Shown: positions 12,101-25,955 of the stretch, piece by piece
How positions within the stretch are numbered: position 1 is the stretch's first letter
How the letters are laid out: the number at the start of each line of letters is the position of its first letter
Notes under the pieces: model-generated
Told to the model about the DNA's origin: nothing
Database searches by the model: none
Seen by the model: the letters and a program-made list of their open reading frames with translations, nothing else
Translations under genes and position numbers: made by a program
NCBI GenBank assembly: GCA_002245135.1
Contig: NGBS01000018.1
Coordinates: 62,001-126,000 of the forward strand
Direction of reading: 5' to 3'
Source of the DNA: Proteromonas lacertae
Taxonomy: Eukaryota
Length of the DNA stretch: 64,000 bases

Positions 12101-15100
12101 TTTGATTTTTCTTTGGTTTTTGTATAATACGCACTAGATATGAAGTAAGGTATAAATGACAATTGATCTGAAAGGTTTAATACTGGCTTAGACAAGTGGA
12201 TCTTCATATAACTTTGTCACTTCTTCATAATGTTGTAATCTATATTGACATTCTATCTGTAATAACCTATCATTTGTTTCTAAAGAATAATTATTCAGTA
12301 ATTCCCATTGTCTTAACATTTTATTACATTCAATCCATCGATTCTCTGCTGTTTTTATTGTTTGAATAATTTCATTATTATTTCCATTTATATTATATAT
12401 ATTGTACATATTATTACTGTTATAGTTTGTGAGTATTTGATAGTAGACTTGTTGCGCTTCAGCATACTGTTCTTTCTGTTCATAATATAATCCTTGTTTC
12501 AATAATTGATCATTCGTTTTACTTGATAAACTACCTATTTCTTCATCTACATCCTGCATTAAATGATGAATTGTAGATATTAGCTTTCTATATTCATTCT
12601 TTTCTTCAATTTCAATAGAATCTAATAACAAATATTTTTCTAACAGTTCAATTAAAACTGAATAACATTCAGTTGAATTGATTAATAATTGAATGCATTT
12701 GGTATATAAAACAGGAATATCCTCTTCCATTTCATTTAATTACACTCAAAATACTCTTAAATGCAGATGGAATTGCAATATATCTACTCTTTGAATCAAA
12801 ATATTGTGAATTCCTAACTTCATTTTTATCAGCATTTATTACACCATAATATGCAACAATATTATTCCATGGGAATGCTTGAAAAGGAATCATTAAGAAT
12901 CTATTGATCAAATTGGCTATTTTATTCTTATCATTATAATCTAATGATTTATATCCATCTTTAAATAATTGTCTAAATACAATATCACACACGAATGGAT
13001 CATATGTGATAACTTCTAATAATGAATTGATAAACTGTTTAGTGTTAATTATCTTCTCTCTTTCTTCATTGAAATCATCTTCATATCTCATTATATTGTT
13101 AATTATTAACTCATGGAATCTTTTATTCTCTTCAGTTCCATATTCAATAAGTGGAAATAATGTACAGTTGTTACACCAATTCAATATCATATTTTCATTT
13201 AAACTATCCACTAATACTATTCCTGCAAAACCAATCCAATACTTCTTCACTATGTAATTTTGCACTGATGTAGTTAATATATATTCTAATCTACTATAAA
13301 TATCATTAGGAACAAATAAATTGAATAATTCCAAATAATATTTCTTCAATTTCATCTCAGCTAATGTTAATCCTGCTTCAACAAATGGTAAAATCGAATT
13401 ACGAGGAGCTGTTCTATATGTATAGCAGTAATATAACATAATTTGAAACACTAGATTCAAATAAATATTAGACACAGTAGAATATTGTAATAAATAAGTT
13501 ATTATTTGTTTTAATGTATTTGACACTAATGATTTATTTTCATCAATTTGTAACGGATCGTTTATTTTATCTCCAATAGCCAATAATAACCATTCAATCT
13601 TTTCATCTGTTAAATCATTTACTGAACTATCAATAATATGTAAATGATAACCAGTTATAATGTTGTATAATATCACTAATAAGTAGTTAGTATATTGAGG
13701 AATTCTAACTCTATTTAATGTAACAAATAATCTATCATAATATATCTTTTGATTCTCTGGAGATAAATATGGTAATCTTAAACTATAAATATAGAATATA
13801 AATGATAATGAAGCTATAAATTGACATCCAAAATATTTCTCCAAGTATTTATAATAATTTGATATTGATTCTGGCCTTTGTACTGGCTTGATATTAAATT
13901 GTTGTTTTTGTACAAATTTATCTAACATATCAGCTAAACTCATTGATAGTTTAAAGAATTGATCAATATACTCTGGATAGTAAATTACTATATATTTCAA
14001 TCTTGTAATTACATAATAAGAAGGGAATTTAGTGGATTTTGCATTTGTTTCGATTAATTTCTTCACTTCTTCATATGCTAATTTGAATGATAACATGAAA
14101 TAGTTTGTAATTTCATTGGCTATTTCTTCATATCTTTTTGGATTGAGTTTATATTGTGGAAAGAATTCTCCACTAAAACTTTCAGAGAATTTTAAAAATC
14201 TAGTTTGACCTTCTTTATCCTTTAATGTGCTTTGGCATAATTCTAATATTTTCTGTTTATGTAATATATAAAACTGATTTGAAGCTACAAGCCATACAGT
14301 AAAATGCAATTCTTAAATACACCATTTTCATTTGATCTATTCTACATTTTTTATCTTTATCAGCATTAATTGAATATAATAAACTCGTTAACAAATCCTC
14401 AGAGTCTTTTTGATTTAATAAGTTAATATATGGTATATTTAAATGAGGGAATAATTGTAAAAATTTCTTAATTAAATCTATACATCTTTCAATCTGTCTT
14501 GGATCTGACAGTGATACATATAATGTCAATTGAACTAATATTAAATACAATTGATCCCGATGTTGAGATAACATAGCATTATCATTAATAATGTCAACAT
14601 AAGTCATTTTCTTTTGTCTTTTTGATTGTATGGATAAATCAGATCTTTTTCTCTTGGATTGCTGTGAAGCAGTTTCACTATTATTACCATTATTATCATT
14701 ATCTAATGTTGGCATATCATTGTATTCATTCTGATTCTGATTCTGTTGTTGTTGTTGTTGTTGTCTTGATCTTTGTGGAACTGTAGTTGGTGGCGTAATA
14801 ACTGGTGGAGGAGGTTGTTGTTGTCCTTGAATAAATTGATTAATAGTTTGATCAACTGATACTACTGGTGATGATTCAATACTTTTAGGAGTATTCTTTA
14901 ACGATGGTATACTAAGGGGTGAGATTATTGTTGAATTGGGAGTTGGGATATTTAACGAAGTAGCTGATGACGATGATTGTTGTATAATTAATGATCTTAT
15001 CTGAGATGAATTATTATTATTATTATTATTATTATTATCTTCTTCCATTTCGTTGCTATTTTCTTCTTCTGTTTCTTCTCCATAAACTGATTTACCAGTT

Positions 15101-18100
15101 TTATCTTTATAATCTTTTAATAAACAAGTGATATAGAAATCAAATATATTGATAGTTAATAACTTTGATTCAGTTGATCCTTTAGGGAATAATAGAGTAA
15201 TACTACTAAATATTGTCTTAGATAATTCAAGGAAGTAGGGAGCATATTTCTGTGGGTAAAATGTAATTAGTTTCCATACATGATATGTATTTAATTCACT
15301 ATAATCTTCCAATTCTCTGATTACATGATTAATCTTTCGATCTCTTGGTTCAAATTTCACTTTTTGTATAATTTGATGATATGCTTTATAGATCATTCCT
15401 TGTGGATCTGATGGATTTGGTTTTAAAATAGCTTCAAACACTTGAGAAATAATTCTTTCTGGACTTGGAAACTTCTGGAAAAATCTTGAAACACAAAAGA
15501 AAGCCCAAGATCTACTTTCAGAATCATCACCCTTCAAATGATTCCATGCGAATTTGATAATATTCTTTCTAAATTCAGATATATATTCATCTGGTACTCT
15601 TTCTAATAACAATGTAACAAATTTTAACATTTCTATTCTCAACTTTTCAGAGAATTTATTGAAACTTATTTCATTGGTTATTAACTGCAATAAACTGTTT
15701 AAATACTGTTGATTGAGAATGGGTGGTAAAGTTGGTGGATTATTATTATTATTATTATTGCTAAATGAACGAGCTAATAAAGGAATTATTAGATATTTAA
15801 ATGCAGAGGTTTTAACATCATCTAAATTACTTTGAGGTAATAATTTAGACACGAAATATTGCATTATGTGTGTCTTTAATTCTGTCGAATATTTCTCAGG
15901 AACATATTCAGCTAAGAATTCAGCTACATAGGAAAAATCAACTAAACTTTTATGTGTAAAACATCGACATATTTCAAATAACCAGACTACATTCAGATCA
16001 GTAATTTCATGATGTAAGAAGAGCAGTAAAGTATCTACTATTAACTTAGGTTCTTCTACTGTACAACATGCTATTCTTGGACCAGATGGAATATTCCACA
16101 AACTTCTGCCTTGCCATGGTTTTAATAACACTTCCATTATTTTATGATAATTTTGATTCTCAAATAATCTACAATCTGGTGAAGAAGATGCTAAGATATT
16201 GATTATTTTGATAAGATGATAGATGTAATCTATATTTGGTTTAGATCTTGCTTGATATAGACCTAATACTTTCATTAAAGTTGTCTCTTTTTCAAACTCA
16301 TTTCTAAATGGCTGAGCCTCTGGATGTGCTAATACGTCATAAAACAGTAAAACAAATGCTGAATTACTTAAATAATGTTCACTTAATAAATACTCTCTAA
16401 AGTCTTCAGGATAAACATTACAACATTTCACTAAACTCAATCTTAAAGGTGATTTTATAAAACTAAAATGGTCTGTATTTGGAAATAATGTAGATTCAAG
16501 TGTAACTATTGAACTAACTACTCTCTCTTGGAATATCTTTGCATTATTATCAGGAGTAAGTGAAAATATTTCAATCAAATCAGCAATTATTGTAACTATA
16601 CTCTTTTCAGCTGGAGTTCTAGCAACAGCAGTAGTGACTGATTTATTTACCCAAAACTCTAAATGTGATACAATTCTTTTACTCAAATCAGAACTAAATG
16701 CAGTTTTGAAAATTTTCAATATATATTTCAATGTTTGTAAAGATTTATGGGTTAAAGATGCAGATTCTGATAGTTTTGCTAATACTGGACTTAATACTTC
16801 AAATAATGTATTCTTAAATCGATTATAATCTTTCTGCATCTCTGTCAATATTTCTTCAGCTAATTTTACCACACTATCATCTATACAACCTAATGATTGG
16901 ATGCATAATGCTAAAATAGTGTTAATTGTATTAGGATTAATATCTTTACTTGTTTCCCATATTAATCTACCAAATTGTAATACTTGTTTTCTATATTCTA
17001 CAATAACTAAATCACTAAATGGAGATATTGGATTATATCTTGATGTTGTTGATTTTATAGCTTCCATATTACACATTATTAATTGCTTTTCTGTTATTAT
17101 ATTATCTGGTAGTAATTTGATTGTGTCTTTTCTGTACCATTCATATGTTATTATTATCTTATTATCTAATACTCTACATTGTGTAGAAAATAATACAATT
17201 AATCCTTCTAAATATCCTAACTTCGTATATATATCACTGTATAATATAACTTGATTATTCTGAGAATTAAACTGATCAAATGTCTTTAGTATATTGTTAT
17301 ATAACAAAATCTTCAAATCTTCTGCAATTAACATGTTACTCTTCATATGATAATCAAAGATAGATTGTGCAAATCGTCTGCATATTTTAGATGGATTAGT
17401 TAAATAGTATAATAACGCTTGAAATGAATCTGTCACTAATTTCTCATATTCAACACTATAATCTTCAAGAAAAGATGTATTATGATCAAAAGCTCTTGTT
17501 TTAAATAACATTTGTTTAAATGTATCTGTAGCTGGTTTTTCTATGAAAGAAAAACATTCTGAAGGACAACTTTCTAAGATTGAGAAGAATAATCGTGTTA
17601 AATGCATTACATATCTTAAACAATAAGTATCTGGTAAAATATCAATCATTTTGTTTAATACCATAATACAACCATATACTAATTGCATATTCTTACCATA
17701 ACAAGCATTACTTAGTTTAATAGTTAAATCTTCAATGAAATGACCAAATATAGTTAATATATTGTTTGGTTCAATAGATTTCATTGATTCAAACAAATCA
17801 TTAATATAATCTAAATAAGTATATATATTGTGATAGTTATTATTGCTAATATTATTACTATTATCATTATTAAATAGCAAATATAAACTATTCACAAATG
17901 CTTCATTGATTATAAAGATTGATAATGATTCAATATATTTTGGATATATATATCTCAAAGATGGTAATATTGGTGGTGATTCATATAATGTTTTTGAAGT
18001 CTTTTCTCGCAGATCTGATGGATATACAAATGTTGTATTAGATGAACTATAAATATCACCATCTGCTATATAAACGGATGATTTTGAATCTATTACTTTT

Positions 18101-21100
18101 GAGTAATATATCAATAAGATATGTTTGGATAACTTCTTCATTGGTTCAATTATATGTTCTTCATCATTATTTATATCAATATCGTGTAATAATATGAATA
18201 AAATTCTGAATAGTTTGTATACTAAATGATGATTGGATTGAAACTTCTTAACGACTAGTTTTTCATCAAATTGAAACTGTTTTGGTTTTGGCATTATTGT
18301 CTTTAAACTTGAACTATCCTCCTCACTACTTGGGAATAACATATATGCAATAGAAATACACAAATTAAACACTTCTTTTCTATATAAAATAGGTAATAAA
18401 CACTGCATTCTGCCAGGTGGCAATCTAATTGTACTTTTCACTAGATTTTGAGCTATATAATTCGGTACTTCGTGGTGAGATATTGTATTGTAGAATCTTT
18501 CAATTAAATCATCAATAGGTAAAGAACAAAAACTATAATTACATTTCCATGATAATGACAACTTAATATCAGTCTATTTTACAATATATATACATAATTA
18601 TACTGATAATGTTCTTTTCATTGGTAATTCCACTAAGTTATCAAATATCTTTCTTACATTTCCTCCTAATCTTCCCAATATTGCATATATAAATTCAGTT
18701 GATCTACTTCTTTCATTACTCTTTGTCATATCACTACATGCTGTTAGTAATTCTGTGAATTGTGGTTCTTGAAGTAAATATGGATATAAAAACTCTATTG
18801 AAATTAATAATAATAATAATTATTATTATTATATAAATATACTATTACTGTATGATAATAACAAATATGTAAATGAATTAATTGCTGGGAATGTATCACT
18901 ATATTCTGATTGTAATGATTTCAATAATAAATATAGGAAATGAGTCATGGATGAAGTATTCTGAGCTAATTTCAATGGTAAACTTAAACAAATATCTAAC
19001 AATAGATTGGTCAATATTGGATTATTATTGAAATCAGATAATCTCGTTAATTCTAATAAAACATACTTTGCATAATCTCTATAATCACATATAATGATTT
19101 CAGAACAACTTTTAACACAATTACTCAATGTATAAAACACATTATAGTAAACACTAGGATTATTTGATTTAGAAATACATCTTAATAACTTATATATAAA
19201 TGAATTCAATGTTTCTTCTATTATTTGAGAGTTATTTTGATTATTTGTTTGAAATATTCTATGCATGACTTGATACATTTGTTGAGATAACTCTATTGAT
19301 TCTCCAAATACTTCTATTCTATCAATAATGTGTTGATACATTAACATTAACACTCCTCTTAATATTGGATCATTATAGAGTCTTAATATAATATTATAAA
19401 AAGTAGGATCCTTACAAAGTATATCGAATAAAGTAGGCATGATTTTGTCAAATAATATTAATATATTATTCAATGACAGAGATCTTACAGAATCAGCAAA
19501 TGCATTCATTAATGCATTCTTTTCTTCTCCATTAAATTGTTTCTTTTCACTTAAAAGTGATAAACATATTAATATGTCTTTACATACAGAAACCAATAAG
19601 TTCAATTCATATTCTTTAAGTGTTGGATGGTTTTTATCTACATATTTTTCACCTATCTTTAATAATGACTTTAATAGTAAACAAGAGTGATATAATAAAT
19701 GTTTTACTTCTTTAAAACTATCTTCAATGACTTTCTCCGTGATATAATTACCATAACCTGGTGGAACATAATCAAATGCATTTGTTTCTGGAAGTTTAAT
19801 ATTTTCCATACCGGATGAACCTAATTTCTCAAATTCACGGAGTAATGAGCCATTGTTATAGTTAATGATTTCAACATTACGAATTACTTCTGCTTTGAAC
19901 ATCTATAAAATAATAAAAGATGATTAAAAAGGAAAAAGATAGAATAATTTATATATATACACGTGGAATATGTCTCCTCAAATAAGCCATCTTATACACA
20001 ATAGCTTCAAATGTCTGTACAAATACTCTATAAACATCAGGATTATCATTATTATATATATGAATATTATCATTACCACTCTTTGTTATATAATCACAAT
20101 AATTACTCATCATTGGTAAGAATCGAATAATAATTGATATTGGAACTAAAGGATCATTGATTGAAGTGCTGAACTTCTGTATAACTGATAATATCTGTGT
20201 AAGACTTATTCTATTTAAAAATCTATTGGCTAAACCATATGCTTCATTGTATGCTAATTGTCGACAAGCTGTACCAGTGAAATTTAATAATTGATCAATC
20301 AAATTGTCAAAATAGGGGAAATAATTATCTCTAAATTGTTCAATATCTAATAAATGTCTCAATCCTTGTAGTACAATTTTTATATTTTGTATATTATCTG
20401 GTGCTACTTCTTTTAATAAACAAACTGTACATTTGACGATACTTGGAGCAGATCGGTTTAAGGTATCCTGTCCTTTCTTACAAAATAATAATAACAACTG
20501 CAATATCTTAGTTTGAGTATCTAAATAATCATTATATTTTAATCTAAAACACATCTTAGAAATATCAACAATTTTACAATCTAATGATTTTAGACAAGAT
20601 TCTACAGTCAATTGAATTTGTGCAGTTAAATCTTTATTGCGGTATGTACTGTATAATGTTCTTATTACATTAGCAAAAGTAGATAATATTTTAATTGAAT
20701 TATTTGCATCTGGGAATGAAGGATCAGGGTATTGATTAACATATTTTCTTAATTCATCTAACAATTGATGACTTTTCTTTTGTGCTTCGTTATATTGTTG
20801 GAATAGCTTCTGATCTGTTACTTGATCATTTTTATGCCTTTCTAGTTCTTCTGCTAATTTTTTATACTGTTCTCTCACTGATAATTCCTCATTATAAACT
20901 TGTCTAAAGTTGTCATTGGATTTATATTGATCGAAACTGAACGCTTTTTGAATAATAGCATCGAATCGATTAAATCTGTTGTTTATAATATCTAAAAACT
21001 TCATTAGATTGTTTTCAATGCCATCTACAGATTTGAAAGCTTTGAATAAATCTTGAAGTTTTAGAACTGCCACTGATTGCATATGCTCATTGTCTTTTTC

Positions 21101-21462
21101 AACAATTGTAAATAACAGTGAGAAAATTTTATCTTTTTCTTTTGTGAGGTATTGGTTTGGAAGCTGGTGAGTTATAGTCAGTATCCTATATCTCATATCA
21201 AAATTATCTTTTTGGCTATGTAAACTGGCAATAGGTATTCTATCTAAGTAACTTTGACAAAATTCAAGAGTTATCTTGATGTAATTCGTTACTTTATCTG
21301 ATCTTGGTAATTCTAAATTGAACAACTTGATTGATTCTACTAATTTCTTCTAAAAAAACTAAAATGCTCAAAATATACCAATTCTTGAACTTCCAATGAT
21401 TTATCAATAGCACTCCTTATTTTATCAACCATTTGATTTATTTTTGCCTCGAGTCCTTCCAT
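9174..21462 (-). CDS. TRRAP: TRRAP/Tra1 PIKK-family pseudokinase (SAGA/NuA4 scaffold); four +1 frame breaks in this sequence
   Basis: About 4000 aa of HEAT/FAT-like sequence; Tra1 signatures ILGRLGG, RKNIIKFAWNHLK, FRLTPNI and FATC-like NLSQM...CPWI at the C-terminus. Six consensus introns join most ORF pieces. Confidence 0.9.
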
Positions 21463-21659
21463 TTTAAACCCCTCTGTAAAACGAAAAAAAATAAATTAAA
21501 AAATGATTGAGAAAAAGAAGCTTGGCTTGCTTTTTATTTTGTTTGCTAAAACTATTTACAGCTGTGAAACCAAAAAAATACGTAAATATATATCAAGATC
21601 AAAATTAAAATCGGCACTTCTATAATAATAATAAGAGATTATTAATATATATAAATTAA

Positions 21660-24600
21660 TTAGTGTTGATCTTTAACACACTTCAATAATTGCACTTGTC
21701 CACATTGAGCTGCAGGCATAAAACCATGTGGTAATGCTTCATCTCTTCTAACTGGTCCCATACGATAAATGTAACTAGATAATGTGAAATAGGGTGGGTA
21801 GTGTAATCCAGGCATTGGTCTTGGTGGTAGTTGACCTTCACCAAACACGTCATAAGTTCCATCTAAACAACGATCTATTTAAAAAATATATAATAATAGA
21901 TTTAATATACTTGCTGCTAAATTAGACCAATCCACTTCAGTAGAATATATTCCAGCTTGTGGAAGTGTTGGAGAATATATTTCAACAACAAAAGATTTAG
22001 TTTGTTTGAAAAATGATCCAATTGACTCAATTGAACCTTTAAGGTAATGTTTGAATGTAGTTTGGAATGTAGCTTCATTACTCTCAGTATCAACAATAAA
22101 TCCATCAACTGTAAATGGCACACCACATATATAATATCGAGCTTGACAAGCTATTTTACAATCAGGAGTAATACCAGTAATTGAGCTTCTTCTTCTTACA
22201 CCAACATCTTCAAAGTCTTCTCCACCATCTAATCTCATATATCTTCTATTATCCATCTTCTTAGGTGGTGGATAGTATGGTTTTGAACCTGGTACAGGAT
22301 GTGCAACATTGAATATTGTATGGAATTCTACAGTCATACACCAAACACTATTTGGCCAAGATTCTCTTCTGATTGCTTTCTCTGTTTGCTGTTTTTTCAT
22401 TTCTTCTACTCTTGGAGTTCTTGGTATTACATCTTGTTCTATTCTTAATGCATTAACTGGACTATTTTTATTAGATGCATTGGTTGGAGTTCTAATCTTT
22501 AATGCTGTTGAAAGTGGTGGTGGAATATTCACTGCTTGACTTAATAGATTTTGACTGTGTTTTACTGTGAGTTTTCTAAGATCTGTTTCTTTCTTTTCAT
22601 CTTGTTTTTGATCATCAAATTCCATCGCTTCTCTCTTTGATAATGTTGGACCAGATGCATCATGAGGTGATGCTAAATATGTTCTTGCTGATAATTTAAC
22701 AGATGGAGAACTTTCACTCTTAATACTTTGCATTTTCAATGGTTGAATTGCTCCATTACTCTTTACATTTGGTTGAGCCATTAATAATGGAGGTGGTGAT
22801 TGAGAAGGAGTTTGATTCTGTTTTGTTACTGGATCATTACTTTCATCATTGTAATCAACGGGTTTGATTGTTCTTGATTCAAAGGATGATTCTTGTGGTA
22901 TTTCATGATTATTTGTTACTGATTTCTCTTGTTCTAACATTGGAATAACTTCTAAATTAGTGTCTTTCCAAATACCCATTGAACATTTCTTATCTAAGGC
23001 AGTTAAACCTGCATGTGGTAGTTTTGCTAACCAATCTTCTGGTACTGGATCACAACTAAAGTAATTCTCTGGTGGAACATAAATACTATCATTAAATTGA
23101 TATAATCTATCTTTCATATGTGTCATATCTAAATTATCTTTTGCTCTTTCTAAACCAATTGTCATTTGTAATTCAGCTGTATCTCCACCAATTGTTAATG
23201 GCATAAAATCATCAACTGTTGATACATAATCACATTTGAATTGTGCTAATGGTAATTTGGCTGTGCTTAATGGGAATTCTGATCCTTCATATCTTAAACT
23301 TATAGTCATAAATTGACCAGTTTCATCTTCAATTACTTTGCCTAATCCTGAATTAGATTGTACTTGGCCTGTCATTTTTGTATTAGTAATTAAGAAATAG
23401 AATACTCTCATATAATTTAATGGTATAATCACTAAATCTTCTTCTTCTTCTTCTTCTTTATCTTGCTTCTGCTCATTATTGTCATTATCATCTTCATTCA
23501 TTTTACTTTCATCATAATCAGATTGTACAATATCTTCTAATTGTTCTTCTTGTTCAATATTTCTTACACTCTCATCTGCAGCTGGAGTATTTGGTGTTAA
23601 AACATTTTCTTTAGTTTCTTGATTATATTGTTCATCATAATCACTCTCATCATCATTCTTATTCTCATTCATTGTTGTTGCATTTCCTCTAACAATACTT
23701 TTTCTATCAAATTTCTTCTTATCACTTTTCTTTGGATCTTTATACATCACTCTTCTAGCAACATTACTGTCAATTGGTAAATTAATCACTTGCTGGAACA
23801 TTTTAATTTGAATGACAAGTCTTTGTGAAGCTTTTGTTCTTGTTGATATATAAGATTGACGACTATTAGAAGGTCTATAATTATCTGGTGGAACTACAGC
23901 TGAGACTGGAACATCGTGTAATGCATGTAATAATATCAATACTCTACACATTGTTAAATTCTTTGGTAAAACATGAACGGAATGTGCTAAATCAGGTAAA
24001 GAAGCTGGTGGAATATCGGAAACTAATTCTGCACCTGGATCATCTGATAATTTTGGTAATTTACTACCATCTTTATTATTAGCTTCTTGGAACTATAAAT
24101 AAAAATAAAATTATAATTATAATATATTTATACTGCTGGTGCTGGAACTCCCATTGCTCTTGCTAAAGCTGAACTAACAGCTCTTAACTTCTGTTCAGCT
24201 CTATACACTTTATAACATAAAGTACAAACACATAATGGTTGATACAAAAATGCCATATCTGATAATCTTAACTTTTCACCTTTCTTCGCTAAATGTGCAC
24301 TTACACTAGTCCAAGCATCATCTTTATTACCACATCTAATTTTAATATTTGTTTTTAATTCTTTTACCATATTGTAAGTCATTTTATAAGGTAATTGGAA
24401 TGACTGATAACCAACACCACAACAAGCACAAGTTGTATATTTTCTTGAATTTGAATCTCCTTTTTGTGTTTCTTCTTCATCTTCACCATCTGAAATGACA
24501 ACTTCTTTTGTCTTATCTTCTGGTAATTGTAAAGCTTCAGCTTCTATTCTCTTTTGTTTCAATACACCTGACTTATCCATCAATAATAACGAAGTTTCAC

Positions 24601-25697
24601 TTCTAATCATTTCCATTCCACTTAATGTTGGAACACCATCTTTAATTCTAAATGCTTTAACTTGTAAGAACCACCATTGATCATCTCTATCTCTAATAAA
24701 ATCAGCAATCACTTCAACAAATGGACGACCTACTGCGTTGGACAGATATTTTACCATTACCAACATAATCTCTGACAATTCTTGGCAAAATTTTCCTTGT
24801 ATTGGATAAATTGTACAATGATTATCTTCTACATAATTTGTAGTAAATCTGTCTATTTCTGCGACTGATTCATCATCGTATGTAAATTTGCTGATTATTG
24901 CCCAAGCTTTTGTTGTTTGATTTTCACCCCATAAGACTCTTGTAATATTTGAACTATTTCCTTTGCTTCTAATATATCTCTGTAATACAACAGGATCTAT
25001 ATATATATATATATATATTATAATTATACATTCATTGTGTTGAATTACATTTAAAGTCTCTGTAAGGGTTCTAGTTGTTAATAATTCAGCATCATTACCT
25101 TCTGAAAGTAAGAATCTACTATCTGCCTTAGCTGGACGTAATATTTGTGTTTTTTTTATTACTACTATATCATCTTCAGCATCTGGATCTCCTAATTTGC
25201 TTGTCACGTGATGTGGTCTGAATTTGTTTGTTTTTACTACATAACCGTTTGAATCACTGTATACCCATACTGGATCTGTGCCTTTTTTATATATTAAAGT
25301 ATCTGGCAACCATAATTTCAATTTTTCATTTTTGGGTCTATGAGGATGATTTTAAAAAGTGAATTATACACAGATGCATCTGAACCTAATATATTGAATA
25401 GTATAGCAGCAGGACCAATTTCTTCATTATAAATATATCCTTCTACTTCTGAATTAAATGCTAATTGTGACCTTAATTCTCTATATCTTTTGTCTTTAAG
25501 TGTTTCTTCATCATCTTCATCTGCAAATCTATATATACATTAGAAACAATGACAACATACTTTAATTGCCCTAGACTTCTAGACTTACTTCCATTCACAA
25601 ATGAAGTCCTTGTTAGAGAACCTGATGTGTTATTTAACTAAATTTAAATAGTATAAATAATTTATACATTTTTTGGACCTGATTGATTTATACTCAT
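21660..25697 (-). CDS. Large hypothetical protein; degenerate ATP-grasp-like N-terminal region, Cys cluster, possible C2-like domains
   Basis: ATG 25697; six consensus introns join ORFs 24128-25321, 21879-23951 and 21660-21848 in frame. Motifs VLQRYI, ADFIRDRDDQWWFLQV, CACC...CTLC. Confidence 0.65.
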
Positions 25698-25955
25698 CTA
25701 TTATCGTTATAAAATGATCAAATTAATAATAGCAGATATGAGTAAAGCAAAGTGTAGTAAGAAATATATTGTAACGGAGTGTTAATATATACCTTTCTAT
25801 TCTATATAACTCTAAAACTCAACTTTAAATTGAAATAACGAACTTTTGATAATTACACAGTTTGACATATTGACATTACCACTTTTTTCGTTTTTATTTT
25901 ATTTTTCATTAAAGCATCGAAACATAACAAATATAATAAAAAATATAATAACTCA

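Noticed and set aside
12732..12737. Euplotes-type AAA-stop frameshifting as a universal explanation of the frame breaks
   Set aside because: Only three sites fit. At ~11561, ~59894 and ~60313 the natural shift point lies 10 or more codons before the stop, and some sites have no in-frame AAA. Kept only as an untested alternative.
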